DNA of 64,000 nucleotides from Lingula anatina (Eukaryota; Animalia; Brachiopoda): positions 5,828,001-5,892,000 of the forward strand of contig CM120647.1 in the NCBI GenBank assembly GCA_051362555.1, read 5' to 3'. A program made the translations under genes and the position numbers. Below are positions 39,671 through 51,520 of this stretch, piece after piece; position 1 is the stretch's first letter, and every line of letters begins with the position of its first letter. The notes beneath the pieces are model-generated. The model was not told the origin of the DNA and ran no database searches. It worked only from the letters and a program-made list of their open reading frames with translations.

Positions 39671-42600
39671 CTACTGTAGTATCTCGGACCAACTGGCTGC
39701 AGGGGGCATCCCACAAACTAAAAAAAAAAACAAGATGCTGTTGTTTAAAAAGAGGGACCATAAAATATCGTAACTATAATATATTTGTCTGTGGGTGTTT
39801 GTAAGACTGGTGAAAGAACTGCCTTATTTTATACAGGTGAAATGAAGTTGAAAAAGAAATTTGTCATTCGATTATCTGTGAACATTGTAAAATATTTATA
39901 TAAAATATATCCTACTAAGATCAAAGTCGACCGCTGCTTGAGACACAAGTGTAGGTAAGATGAGTGACTAGTAATTCAGTCATGTCAAACTCAATATTGT
40001 AGCACACCAAGTCACACCTAGCATGATTTTGTAGCACGCCCTCGGTCACAACTAGCACAATATTAACTAACACTATTTCACGGAGAGTGCCTACTCTTAC
40101 ATACCAGTAGAATGTTCCATTTCCACATACTTCTTTTCTCTCAGACATGGGTCTGAAGAAATACGGTTCAAAATTTTAGCGACGTCTCTAGGGTTGAAGC
40201 ACATGTACTGGCTCCAGAGGTGGTACGTGCTCTCGCCAAGATCCGGGTAGTAGTCACGAGTCATTATAAAGTGACCATCTGTTTCAATAATATAACTATA
40301 GTACATAAAGGTCCCGTCTGAAAACATGAACATATAACCGAAACAATAATATTATATATATGTAAAATCATTTTCAACAAATGTTGATTTTTTGCATGAT
40401 ATAATTATTCAGGTAGGAAAGAAGTGTTAAAAGAAGTGTTACAAAGTCAATTTTTTGTCACAAAAACCAACCAAATGCCAGCATATACACACACTGGACA
40501 AAAGAAGTGTCACCCCTACTGAGCCAATACTATGGGGGAGATAAATGACTGTGGAATGATATGCTCCTGGTATAATTATATTAACATCAAATTTCACAAA
40601 AAATCACAAAATGAGAACAAAATATACATTCTACCAAAATATGCAGTTTCAAGTCCAAAATTAGTACTTAGTGGCATAGCCACGTGACCTAATAAGAGGT
40701 GCCACTCTACGAAGCAAGGTTTCATATAATTGTGTGATGCGTTCAGGGCTTATGCTGGCCCAAGCATGAAACACTTAATATAACAGAGTTTCTCTGCTGG
40801 TTAGACGGGCATTTGTAAAAAGTTTTGACATATCATTCCACACATTTTCTATTATGTTTGCATCCGGACTCTGGGCAGGCCACATCACCCTGCGAATGTC
40901 CTGTTTGTCAAACCAATCATCAACTGCTCTGGGTCTGTGACAAGGAGCATTGTCATCCTGGTGAACAAATGGATAATTCCTATCACCAAACATGTTAGTA
41001 ATAGATGGTAGCAAGCCTGACTCCAAAACATCGATATATTTCTAGTGATTCATGTTTCCATTAACCACTATCAATTCGCCCAAGCTATGGATGCTGATGC
41101 AGCCCCACACCATGATGAATATACTGCTCCGGGTTCGGAAATTCAGTGCATGTGGTTCAAATGCTTTACCAGCAGTTTGCCAGCATAGTACCCGTCTGTC
41201 ATCAGAGGTCAGACCAAAGCGACACTCTGAGTTAGGGGGTGACACTTCTTCTGTCCAGTGTGTGTAGTTTCAAGTAGTATAACTAAGAGAATTACCAAAA
41301 GGCATTGTTTAAGTTTACCCGAAAATGATGTTTGAACGGATTTTTCTGCTGGCATTCTAAGCTGTATGTCAATGGGGCAGGAAAGTAGGTCACGAAAGTA
41401 GGTTAAATTTACAACCAAAATTTTAAAGAAAGGAGCAGTCTAAAGTTCTTTTATGGCTGATCGAATGATCTATTCAGTTTATCCCTTGGCATGTCGAATT
41501 TATTTGAGTCATATAAGAATCTAGTAGAAGTGGTTTACATGTGTTACTGGGAATCCACACTCCACCGATAACGAACTCAAATGAATCTTAGTATCGTGAT
41601 AACTTTAAATGATTTTAATAACCACCTCTCAGACATTAAGATTTGAAAAAAAGACTTTAGAGCATTATCGGACCACAGATCCCCACCAATGCAAAATTTC
41701 CATTAATTAAATGATGATTGTTATGGAATATTTGAGCATTGAATTCAATTGAAATTAAAACTATAGTTGCATGCATAGATCGCAACCTCCCTAATGCAAA
41801 ATGTAAATGATATTACAATGTTTTTTAAAGGTGCGTTTTAACCGAGCGTTGGTGGGGCAAGGATTTCCAGTAAAGCAAAAAACACACCTACTGATTTTTA
41901 TACGACTCGAACAAAGTCGAAATGACATGGAAAACTGACATATCTCCCGATCAGCCATAAAAAGAACTTAAAACTGCACCTTCAAAGTTCTGGTCGTGAA
42001 TTTGACCTACATATCTGACTTACATGTATATGTACTTATCTGCCCCGTTAGTATACAACCCAGAAAGCAAACAGAATATCCGTCCAAGTATCATTCTTCA
42101 GGTAATATGAAACGATGTCCTTTGGCATTATTGACATGAGTTATACAATGTGAAATTACATACAGTAGTGTCATTTGGTTGCATTTTGCTTCAAAAATTG
42201 GCTTCAAATGCATCTTTAAAATACTGCACCGGCATAAGGACACCCTGATATAGCTTAATTAGTAAATGGACAGAACTTTTAGAATGCAGGCTTTATTTAT
42301 GAATTATTAATTTATGTGATTATTTTATTTATCTTTATTATTATTATTATTTGCATTGGACCAACCTGAGTTAGAAAGATCGCTGGCAACTCTCCCCCAG
42401 TATCAAGTTTTTCTTATGTTTCCAGAAATTCTGTCAAATACTGTGTAGGCTACATTACAAAAACTTACCGTCCTTTGTTGCAGCAAGAACTCCTTCCTCT
42501 TCCGTTGGTAAAAACGTGAATTCAAGTACGTCACATGTGTCCTCGTTAGACCAGCTGAAAAACAATAAGAATAAAAGACGATTGCATTAAATTATTATTG

Positions 42601-43881
42601 GCTAATGACTTCTTCTATCGCCTAGTGAGATAAGTGACGCATACTCCACTAGCAAAAAAGTGCCACGTCTACCGCTTTTATGAACATGGCTCCAAGGATA
42701 CCCATAGCTTTAATTTATTGCATAATAACTAGGAAACCGATCATCGTGCTAATTTGGGGATGAGAGTAATAGAACATTCACCTACTAGTGTGGCCATTGA
42801 AACACCCCAACACCAATGAACTTAATACGCGGCTCCTAAGTGTGAGAGATATATTTTTTACCAAGCGGTAGACATTGAAGTGGCATTTTGATTAGCCAAA
42901 TTGCCATAAGATTGGAGTGATTAATGAAAACCCCTCAAAGGGTTAGACAACACTATAACAAAACAGAATATGAACAAGATTGCCTGGGTAAGGCCGACCA
43001 AAGGAAATCATGCACCCCAGAAAAGAATGAATACCAACACGCCTTCCTGGTAGAAAACGTTTCATGACATTTAGGAGTTTGCTTGCTACATTTCTGAGGT
43101 GAAATCTAGGGACTAATCCGAGGCCCTATGGTACTAACTGTGGATCGATCTATTTCAGAGGGGATTCTCGCCAAATTGCTATCAAATTTAGCGGCTTAAA
43201 TGTCTGTCACGCCTACTCAAGCTGCTAGGGGATAATTCGGTAGGCGTGCCAGACATCTAGGCCGCTTAAACTGAAAGTAATTTAGCGAGAAACCCCTTGA
43301 AGATGGTTCGATCCTGTTAGATTGATCTAGGTATGGGAACCCAGTCCTTGTTTGATTTTACGCTGAGTCGCGAGACTTGCAACTTTTCCTAATGCTCTGT
43401 TCTTACCTTCTAAATCTCTGCATTCTCACGGCGGGTCCTCCAGCCAGTAAAGTCGCATTAAAAGCATCGTTCTTCAGATACCTTGACTCATTGTGTGTAG
43501 ATAGCCGGGTGATGACCAACTCATACCACATGCCATTTAACTGACAGTAATTATAATGCTATTAACGATAATAATAATAATAATAGTTTATGCCTCAAAC
43601 TTTAAGCCCTCAATTGCAGGTTCATATTTCATAATCTGCACGTCGGATTTGGGAAGGATATACATTTAATGTTAATTTCGATCTAACATTGTTCTAAGTC
43701 CTATAGAGATCAAACGCACATCATATGGCCTTGAGGAACTTACCGGTAACTTATGCCTATCAAGATCCGCCATTGGACCAATGTTACACTTTTTAGGAAA
43801 AGGCATAAGACTAGTCCTTTTCCATGACGACACAGAGGTAATCAAACTGCAAGCAGTCAAAAGGAAGAGAGACCCCTCCAT
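39671..43881 (-). CDS. Secreted lipocalin, array copy 6, about 205 aa
   Basis: Exons 43881-43744 (donor shifted 6 nt), 43540-43407 (9-nt in-frame deletion), 42554-42469, 40317-40105, 39717-39671. MEGSLFLLTACS...LDRHKLP|LNGMWYEL...|WSNEDTCDVL...|...IETDGHF...LWSQ...EHST|VCGMPPAASWSEILQ*. Confidence 0.85.
40488..41264 (-). mobile_element. Internally deleted Tc1 (DD34E) transposon in lipocalin 6 intron 3
   Basis: TIR cacacactggacaaaagaagtgtcacccc at both ends, flanked by TA. Remnant transposase reads ECRFGL..MVWGCIS..HQDDNAPCH..WPAQSPDANIIENVW, with 34 residues between D and E. Confidence 0.9.
41278..42146. mobile_element. Old foldback element with ~190-bp degenerate inverted arms
   Basis: 41278-41465 is the diverged reverse complement of 41948-42146 (for example aagttcttttatggctgatcg / cgatcagccataaaaagaactt). 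Confidence 0.6.
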
Positions 43882-45514
43882 ATTGCTGTTGTGAGATCCA
43901 CACGTATCAAGGAAATGGCAGTCTGCGTGATAATCGAATAAAGTACCACAGTAGACGGCTTACTTGGGACTTGCAGTTCAGACCATACGCTGGATGAGTA
44001 ATATGGCGCCTGCACTATTATTACGAGTACCACGTGTGTCTTTTTATAAGTAAATGTTGTAATTTGGGCCCCTATAAAAATGTCCCCAGAATTCAAGCTA
44101 GCCAATCATATGGTTCCTTTTTACTGGTTTAGGGCAGAACAGCCAATGGCAACATTCCGTTCAATATTTCATCAACCGACCGATTGATGTCACCCTGCCA
44201 GGTTAAACCTCGTTTCGAAATGACTCCGCCCCCAGCCATTTTGTTCGAGCCGACTACATCCTTCATTTAAAATAACCCCGCCCATTTCTGTCCTGTCGAT
44301 CCATATTCCAAACAAATTTAAGTCAAAATGCGGTAAGTTCAACAAAAACTCAAAAAGAAACATATTGCATACATAGAGGAAACAGGACCCGCATCACAAA
44401 CAAAACGCTACAAGTTACCATGAGCTTTCACACGCCAGTATTAGAACTTTCCGGTGTGTTATGAAGCCGGCACTGTATAATTGAACTGGTTTGTTTCCGT
44501 TTCTCTGCAACTTCTGGTTCGAAGTCTATAAGTAATATGTGTACGTCTTTTCCTAAACTATCCAGATAATCTGTTAACAGAATTATCACTTTGGTAAGAA
44601 AACAAGAACAAAGAATCTACAAACAACTAAGGACACGTTTTTCTCGGAAATAAATAGGGAGTATTTTCCCTCAGCATTTGCATATGTGTTAGAAACACAT
44701 CGATAGGTATTTTCAGAGAAAAGTTAACACAAATCTGGTAAGTGCTGCTGTGGTAAGTCATCTGCTGGCCAAGTCTAGACATATGTTTCTTATCAGAAAC
44801 TGTAGATAAAATATGAAACATATGTTTGAAATAGGGTAGTTCCAATGCCAAGATTGACATACGGGCACATATACTACTTTAATCAAAATGCGTACCAGTA
44901 TGTGTAAAGGCCCATGTTAAACCCACATCACTCACCATAGAAATTCGACAAAGCATTTATGTTTTACCTGCGAAAATTAAGTGGTAAACAGCTACTTTAG
45001 AAGATGTTGATTTGACTATCAGAACACTAATAACACTATGTAGTGTCTGAGCTGTTTCTTATCAAGTGAGAAAAAAAGTAGATAGATGTGTTCCAGACAT
45101 CATTAAATAGGACAGCACAAGTAGGGGACAGATGCTATTTCACAACAATATAATTTCAGCAGTATTAGTAACTGTTTATCCCAAACATTTATCCGCATAG
45201 AAATAAAATGAAGAGGATACTAATGACAAATACCATATTTGTAGGCTGTGACAAGATTATCATTATTATTATTATTATTATTATGAGCGGGGACATTCGC
45301 TGATTGCAATCACTTTAACAGTTTACTCGTCCTAATAAATGCTAGGCCCAGTTTTATAAAGCGTCTTTATCAGAGTATCTTCGAGCATTTATCGGGGGAT
45401 GTGGCTATCCAGTTGAATAGCCTCTATCCAGGATATAAACTCCCTCAAACCCCCCTCACCCCCCCCTCCCACACACACACACACACACATACACAGACTG
45501 CCTTAAGAAAGACA

Positions 45515-46535
45515 GAAGACGTAATTGTCACCGTAACTCCTGGAAGCATCTGTATTTGTCATGGGGTGGCTATTGGACGTGAGACCTCTTGTTCTAGGTT
45601 GTTCCTGATAAACATCAAATTAAATACTGACATTATTGTAATATACTTATGACATACATATCCCGCAAGAAAACGCAGTAGATACTCCAGCGCGGTAGAC
45701 TACTGCAATCATACTGCAAACCGCAGTAGACTACTGCAATCATACTGCAAGCATGCTTCAAATCTGCTTCGATTTGGGAGCTAATTAGCATATTTGAAAC
45801 CGGCTTCTATCATGCTGCTAATCTACTGCATTAATGCTCCTCTCTGTACAAACCTATGTACTTTTTGGAGTAGAATTGCAGTAGGCTATGCTGCATTTCT
45901 ACTGCAAATATGCTCCACACCACTACTGCGTTAATGCTTTTTTGCTACTTCGATCCTACTGCATTTTCGTGCGGAATAACTTATCGGTAACCGCCATGTT
46001 TTAAACAGGTACAAATGTACGAAAAAAGGAAGTAACATTTAAGGTCATTCCGATAATTTTGAAACTATAAACATAAGCCGGGTACTCAACCCCTTCATCC
46101 TCCTAGTCTAATCCATGATATCTACTTCTTATACATAGTGATTCCGTGAATCATAACACATTTGGCTATGCTCCGTTATTGCATCTCTGCACTGCAGGAG
46201 AATTAAGAATGACTAAATTAAGTTTTCTTTGGAAAAGGGGGCGTGTGCCTCCCTCTCCACTCCTCTAGGTCCATAAATTATCACGAAATGGTTCTGCAAC
46301 GTTAGAGTACTGAGGCAGGTGGATGTGCAGAGGCAAGGAGTGGAGGTCAGTTGGGGAGGGGGAGGGATGACCCCAAAAGTCCATCGTGCATGGGTGTGAG
46401 TACATGTATTATGAGCACGGTTCTATGTCTCATAGCGTCTTTCTACTTTGTTTGCTGTTTGTAGACGAATGCACCCCATCCGCGATCCCCTACAAATACC
46501 TGTTCTGGTCATAAAATACCTTTATTTAAACAATG
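45515..46535 (-). pseudogene. Internally deleted duplicate of the CBM14 membrane-protein gene
   Basis: 45515-45630 copies the last-exon start and acceptor (47035-47150). 45980-46535 copies the upstream region 48750-49280. Exons 1-4 are missing and a MITE sits at the junction. Confidence 0.75.
45661..45976. mobile_element. Small TIR element with ctactgca-rich internal repeats
   Basis: tcccgcaagaaaacgcagtag / ctactgcattttcgtgcggaa inverted ends and an internal 29-bp tandem repeat. Confidence 0.65.
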
Positions 46536-46804
46536 TTAAAAAAGAATCGGTTTTAGTTGGTCGATCTGACAGATTCGTTCTGACTTTGTGAGAAAAGTTA
46601 GTGCCCAGGTGAATTAAACCCGCAAACAAATGTCAAACACGTGACGAGTGGTACAGGTAGGACTACTGAACCATTGAACGACCATTACGTCTCTTAATGT
46701 TGAAATATAAAATTATATACATATGGGCTTGTTTAATTATACCCAAGGCCCGGCATTCGTAAAAGCTAGAGACATCTATTTGAAGGTTATTGCTCTCTGC
46801 ATGG

Positions 46805-48719
46805 TTACTGTAAATCATTCGAATACATATGTTGTAACTCATAGACGTCTGATTTTTGTTTCGTCTCATGTTCTCTTGATTTTACCCCGGCTTTCCTGCC
46901 ACCAGCAGAAGTATATGCATATGAATACTCGTCACTAGATGGCGTCTCAGCAGAGCGAAGTTCTTGATAACCATTTCTATCTTCATTGCCGTCGCCCATG
47001 GCAGATCCATCGATGTATTCGCTTTTGACAAGAGACATGTAATTGTCACTGATACTCCTGGAAGCATCTGTATTTGCCATGGGGTGGCTATTGGACGTGA
47101 GACCTGTTGTTCTAGGTTGTTCCTGATAAACATCATATTAAATACTAGAATAATTAAAATATTGAAACAGATTGGGCATAAAAATCAGAAAACAGTTCTG
47201 ATTATGTTTCAATAGTTAGAAAACAATTCCTACTATTATTTCAAAATAATTATTTGAAAAAAGAAACCATTTTAATCCTTACCTTTTTTACTGCTTGAAT
47301 TGATTGATCTGACCTAAAATGAATACAGCGGTGGTATCAAGAAACACTTAGGGATTAAATGAAGTAAATGTTTTTTTTTTTTTTTTCATGCATGTGCACA
47401 TCAATTTAGTACAGTAACAACATTATAAAATGTATACATGCATGAAAGGCGTTGAACACAGACTCCTAAACTCCTGTAGGTAATACTCATAAAATACCTC
47501 AGAAGTTTTTCTTTAAAAAAAAACGATTCTTTACCTCTCAGTGCGTTTTATTCTCCGCCACAGAATTACAAGCAGCACACACTGTATGATGTTAAGTATT
47601 GCCAGCGCTACTAATGCCACGATACCAGCTACAACACCAGGAGTGAGAGAATGCTCTGAGACTGACCCACTTAGGGTTGCTGTCGCTGAGGTTGGCTCCG
47701 TTGAGGTTGGCTCCGTTGAGGCAGCTGCAAGTAAGGTGAGTTTTTATACCCGATACAATGAGAGACACGACTTCGGTACTGATCGGGAACTTTCCAGGTA
47801 ATTGAGTTCAAATTCTTTCATTTTTCTTTAATATCCTCACTCGTTTTAAATATATGCAGTTTTTTTAAAAATAAAGGTATGTACATTACAAACATATTTT
47901 TGTGAACGCCTCAGTGAATATAAAAGCATGATATTTAAATCAAAATTTGTAAATCAAGTTTCCTTTAACGTATTTCTTCAGTTCGAAAAAGACTAGTCAT
48001 TAAATAATTTTAAGTATAAATTTGTTTCTGAATTCCGTTTTAATAACTTACCAGCAGTATCAGACATCAAACCATATGTTGTAGTATTAGTGTAGGAAGT
48101 GGTGATGAGTTTTGGGGAAGTAGGAACAGGCCTAGTCTTTATTCTCATAGTACTGGTGGTTACAAATGACGTTAGGGTAGAAGTGTTTTGTGGACAAGTG
48201 ACTTTTCTACAGTATTCCACAGGAGTACCACAGGCGACTGGGGATGCACCGCTACAGCTACGAAGTGTCCATTTACGGTGTATGCACGTATAGTAATGTG
48301 TGCAATCTGCAGGATTTGGAGCATTTGCAGCTTCTGTTGCACAGGTCTCGTCATAATATCCACACGGCAAGGTCTCTTTTCATGAAAATAAATAAATTAA
48401 CGCAATAGTGATACAGGCCCCATAAAATTTATTGAGCTGGTTCCATCTCATTTTGTTGTTTGTACGGTTAAGCAATATGCATCAAAAAGAAGAATGGCAT
48501 ATAAAACCTGCACTGCACATTATGTACTAACAATGCAACGTTATGCGATTTAAATCTATGCAGAGGCCTACCATTCAGAGGCATCCATACTGTACTATAT
48601 TAACAGGTGCCCCACTACATTTAGTAACATATTTATTCCATGTAATACTTACTGCTACCTGGCGCCCAATGGATCACTATAAAAAGTATACAAAGAAGGC
48701 CGAGGTGATACAGTGACAT
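46805..48719 (-). CDS. Type-I membrane protein with chitin-binding type-2 (peritrophin-A/CBM14)-like domain, mucin stalk and tyrosine-motif tail, 309 aa
   Basis: Exons 48719-48653 (signal peptide MSLYHLGLLCILFIVIHWAPGS), 48375-48052 (C..ETC..PNPADCTHYYTC..RSC..C..C..C plus Thr/Ser stalk), 47724-47535 (STEPT repeats, TM GVVAGIVALVALAILNIIQCVLLVILW, RRIKR), 47313-47283 (31-nt exon), 47122-46805. Phases 1,1,2,0 give a continuous 930-nt frame. Confidence 0.8.
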
Positions 48720-49841
48720 TATTGTAATATATTTATGACAGACATGACACGTCGGTAACGCCATGTTATCAACAGGTACAAATGTACAAAAACAAACAAG
48801 GAAGTGAATTCTAAGGTCAACCAGATAACGTTGAATCTAGATATAAGCTGGGTGCTCAACATCTTCGTCCCTGGTATTTTCTTCCTGTACACAGCGATCA
48901 TGTGAATGACTGCACCCAGGGCGCTGAGCTCCATTATTGCGTCTCTGCACTGCAGGTGAAGAATTAAGTTTGCTTGTGGAAAAGGGAGCGTGTGCCTCCC
49001 TCTCCGCTTCTATAGACCCATGAATAAAATATTTCAAAATGGTAATGCAACGTTAAAGTACTCGAGGCAGGTGGGTGTGTAGACATGTATGGTGCACTGA
49101 GACAAGGGGTGAGGGGGGGGTGAGGGGGATGACCCCGAAATGTGCATCGTGCATGGGTGTGGGTATTATCGCGTCTCATGGCGTCTTTTCACTCTGCTTG
49201 CTTTTTGCAAGCGAATGCATCCCTTCCGCGACCCTCTACAAAATGCCTGCTCTGGTCATAAAATAACTTTATTTAAAGGATATTAAAAAATAAATCTGCC
49301 AGTTTTTTTTTTTTTTTTTTTTTTTTCAGGACCAGGCACAGTTGTGGTGCAGTCGTGACACCTCTGGCGGAGGGAGCTACTGACTGCATGTAAGCGGTGC
49401 AGTGGTTTGTTTACAAACAGAGGGGTGCACATGTTCAAGTAATGCTGGTAAGATAGTTTACTTGATGACAATATACTTTTGTGCCATTGAGAGTCATGTC
49501 AGTGTGTCTGCTGTCCATGGGGATGGGAAATGTTTCATTTATTTTGTTCATGCAGTTATGCAGGTATTCTTAGTATGGCCGTCAATGGGAATTATTTGGT
49601 GGTTTCTGCCCTCCACCACGACATCTGAGAGATATTTCATTGTTTAGAAAGCAACGTGTGCGCCGCAGATCACCAACAAGTTTCAGAATTGCACAGATCA
49701 CAGTTTACGTAAAACTTACCTCGTTTTTTCCTGCGTTAATGTCAGGACAGTCACTGTCACCGCTAGGTGGTATAGCAGTCAGGAACCTCTTATAAATGTC
49801 AGGCAGATCGCCCCCCCCCCCCCCCCCACAATTCTACATAC

Positions 49842-50098
49842 CCTCAGGTGTGCCTTTCTCTCCCCGTTCATATCGTTGAATTAACTTGGAGAACACGTGC
49901 CTGTACAAATCTTTTGTTCGCCAACAGCCGTGGGGAAATCCCTTTACACCCATCGATCTTTGTGATTGGACAGTCTTTGTTCAGCACAACGTAAGTAAAT
50001 TGACTCTTGACTGAGGGCAGAATTATTAAATGCAACACTATTTTTCTACTAGATCTCTTTTTTTTCACGAATGAATGTTCGTTTTATTTCTCATCAAA
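49842..50098. promoter_or_regulatory. Duplicated module with kB-type site GGGGAAATCCC (49932-49942) and CCAAT box (49964-49968)
   Basis: Clear similarity to 55460-55783. Lies 1.1-1.4 kb 5' of the CBM14 gene ATG. Confidence 0.5.
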
Positions 50099-50289
50099 TA
50101 CGAAACACAGTAAAATAATAAAAAATATCATATACTCAATTTCACACAGACAAACAACAAACTCTATTAATACACAAAAATATATACAGTGCTTCATGCG
50201 AGCCTTGTATTACGTCTTCGCATAACTGACTTAATTCAAAAGATTTTATACATTGTTACCACTTTCAACAATAATGTCGAAAGGTGATA

Positions 50290-50760
50290 TTGTTAAACTG
50301 GGACCTTCTGTTGTATCCACTGTTTCACTTCTATCCACAATTGCTTACCTATTTCACCATCAATAAAAAGGTGTTTGACTCTTTCTAAAATTGTCTTACA
50401 AAAGCTACAATGGGGGTTATTGACCATTTTGCATTTAAAAATTAAGCTCTTTGTACCCAAAATTCTATGCACTGCCCTGTAGGTGAGCTGTTTTATTCTC
50501 ACTTCCTTATTATTAACAAAATTGTAAGTTTATTTCCATAATATTCTAACACCCATTTCTTGTTTCCATAATGTTCATCATTTGGAGCTTAAAATTTTTA
50601 GAGATCTTTGACAAATATATAATATATACATTTCCGCATCATTTTAAGTTTTTATTAATCCCATGAATGTTTGGATTAGGCTTGGGATATAGCAGTGGTA
50701 ACATTACATTTGCATTCAAATAGTTAAGAACAGGCTGTGAAAGGAAATTGCCTCTCTCAG
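50290..50760 (-). mobile_element. L1/Tx1-type LINE 3' fragment (zf-RVT region)
   Basis: KQLTYRAVHRILGTKSLIFKCKMVNNPHCSFCKTILERVKHLF...LWIEVKQWI matches the CxxC..HLF..C zinc-finger region at the end of L1/Tx1 ORF2. Confidence 0.7.
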
Positions 50761-51520
50761 CCTATAATATACAGTACATTGTAGTTGGAATATGTATCTT
50801 TCACTCATGTATAAGACGTTCTAATGTAACAATCTCCACTTCACAATCAAATAATTCTTGAATAATATGAACTCTTATTTTATAATAGGTAGGCTTGTTA
50901 TCTATTAAGAGAATAATTATCCCAGAAAAAAAGAAAAACAAAAACAATCCAGTATATATATATATAATATAGTACAGAACCTTCAACACGATCACTTCTT
51001 CAACACGATTTCAGTCAAGTCATCTTCCTCGGGTTGCCCAATCACATTATTAACATCGAAGATGACGTCCGAGAGACATTTAGTAATTATCGTTGTCATC
51101 TCCATGTGTTGCAGTAATGAAACCTCGCTTCCGAAAATGGCGGCGACGAAGTGAGACGTGGTATCTAGAAAATTAACGGAGAAAATATGAAGGTACTCAG
51201 GAATCATTACATTTATACTTAACCGAAATGTCGGACTAAACGATTAAAACACTTTTATACCATACTGCTTATACACATATCAATGAGCTGTGTCCATTCT
51301 TGAAATTTAAGTTTCATTTGGATAACTTACACTATATTTTACCTCAATTATATACTTAAATATTCATTTTAACACTCTATTTTCATTGTACTTAGTATAT
51401 CCTGCAAAGAGCGTAAAATAATCCCTTACCGTTATTATTTAATATAATTTTTTGCGTAATGTTGTGCACATCTGCGACATATTTGATGAATATAAAATCA
51501 AACATTTTATGCACACTTAC

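Noticed and set aside
50992-51207. ORF with IFSVNFL, faintly like the TIR VLSPNFL motif
   Set aside because: No box-1 (YDAF), BB loop or WC-FE motif, and no convincing acceptor. Too weak to call a TIR domain.
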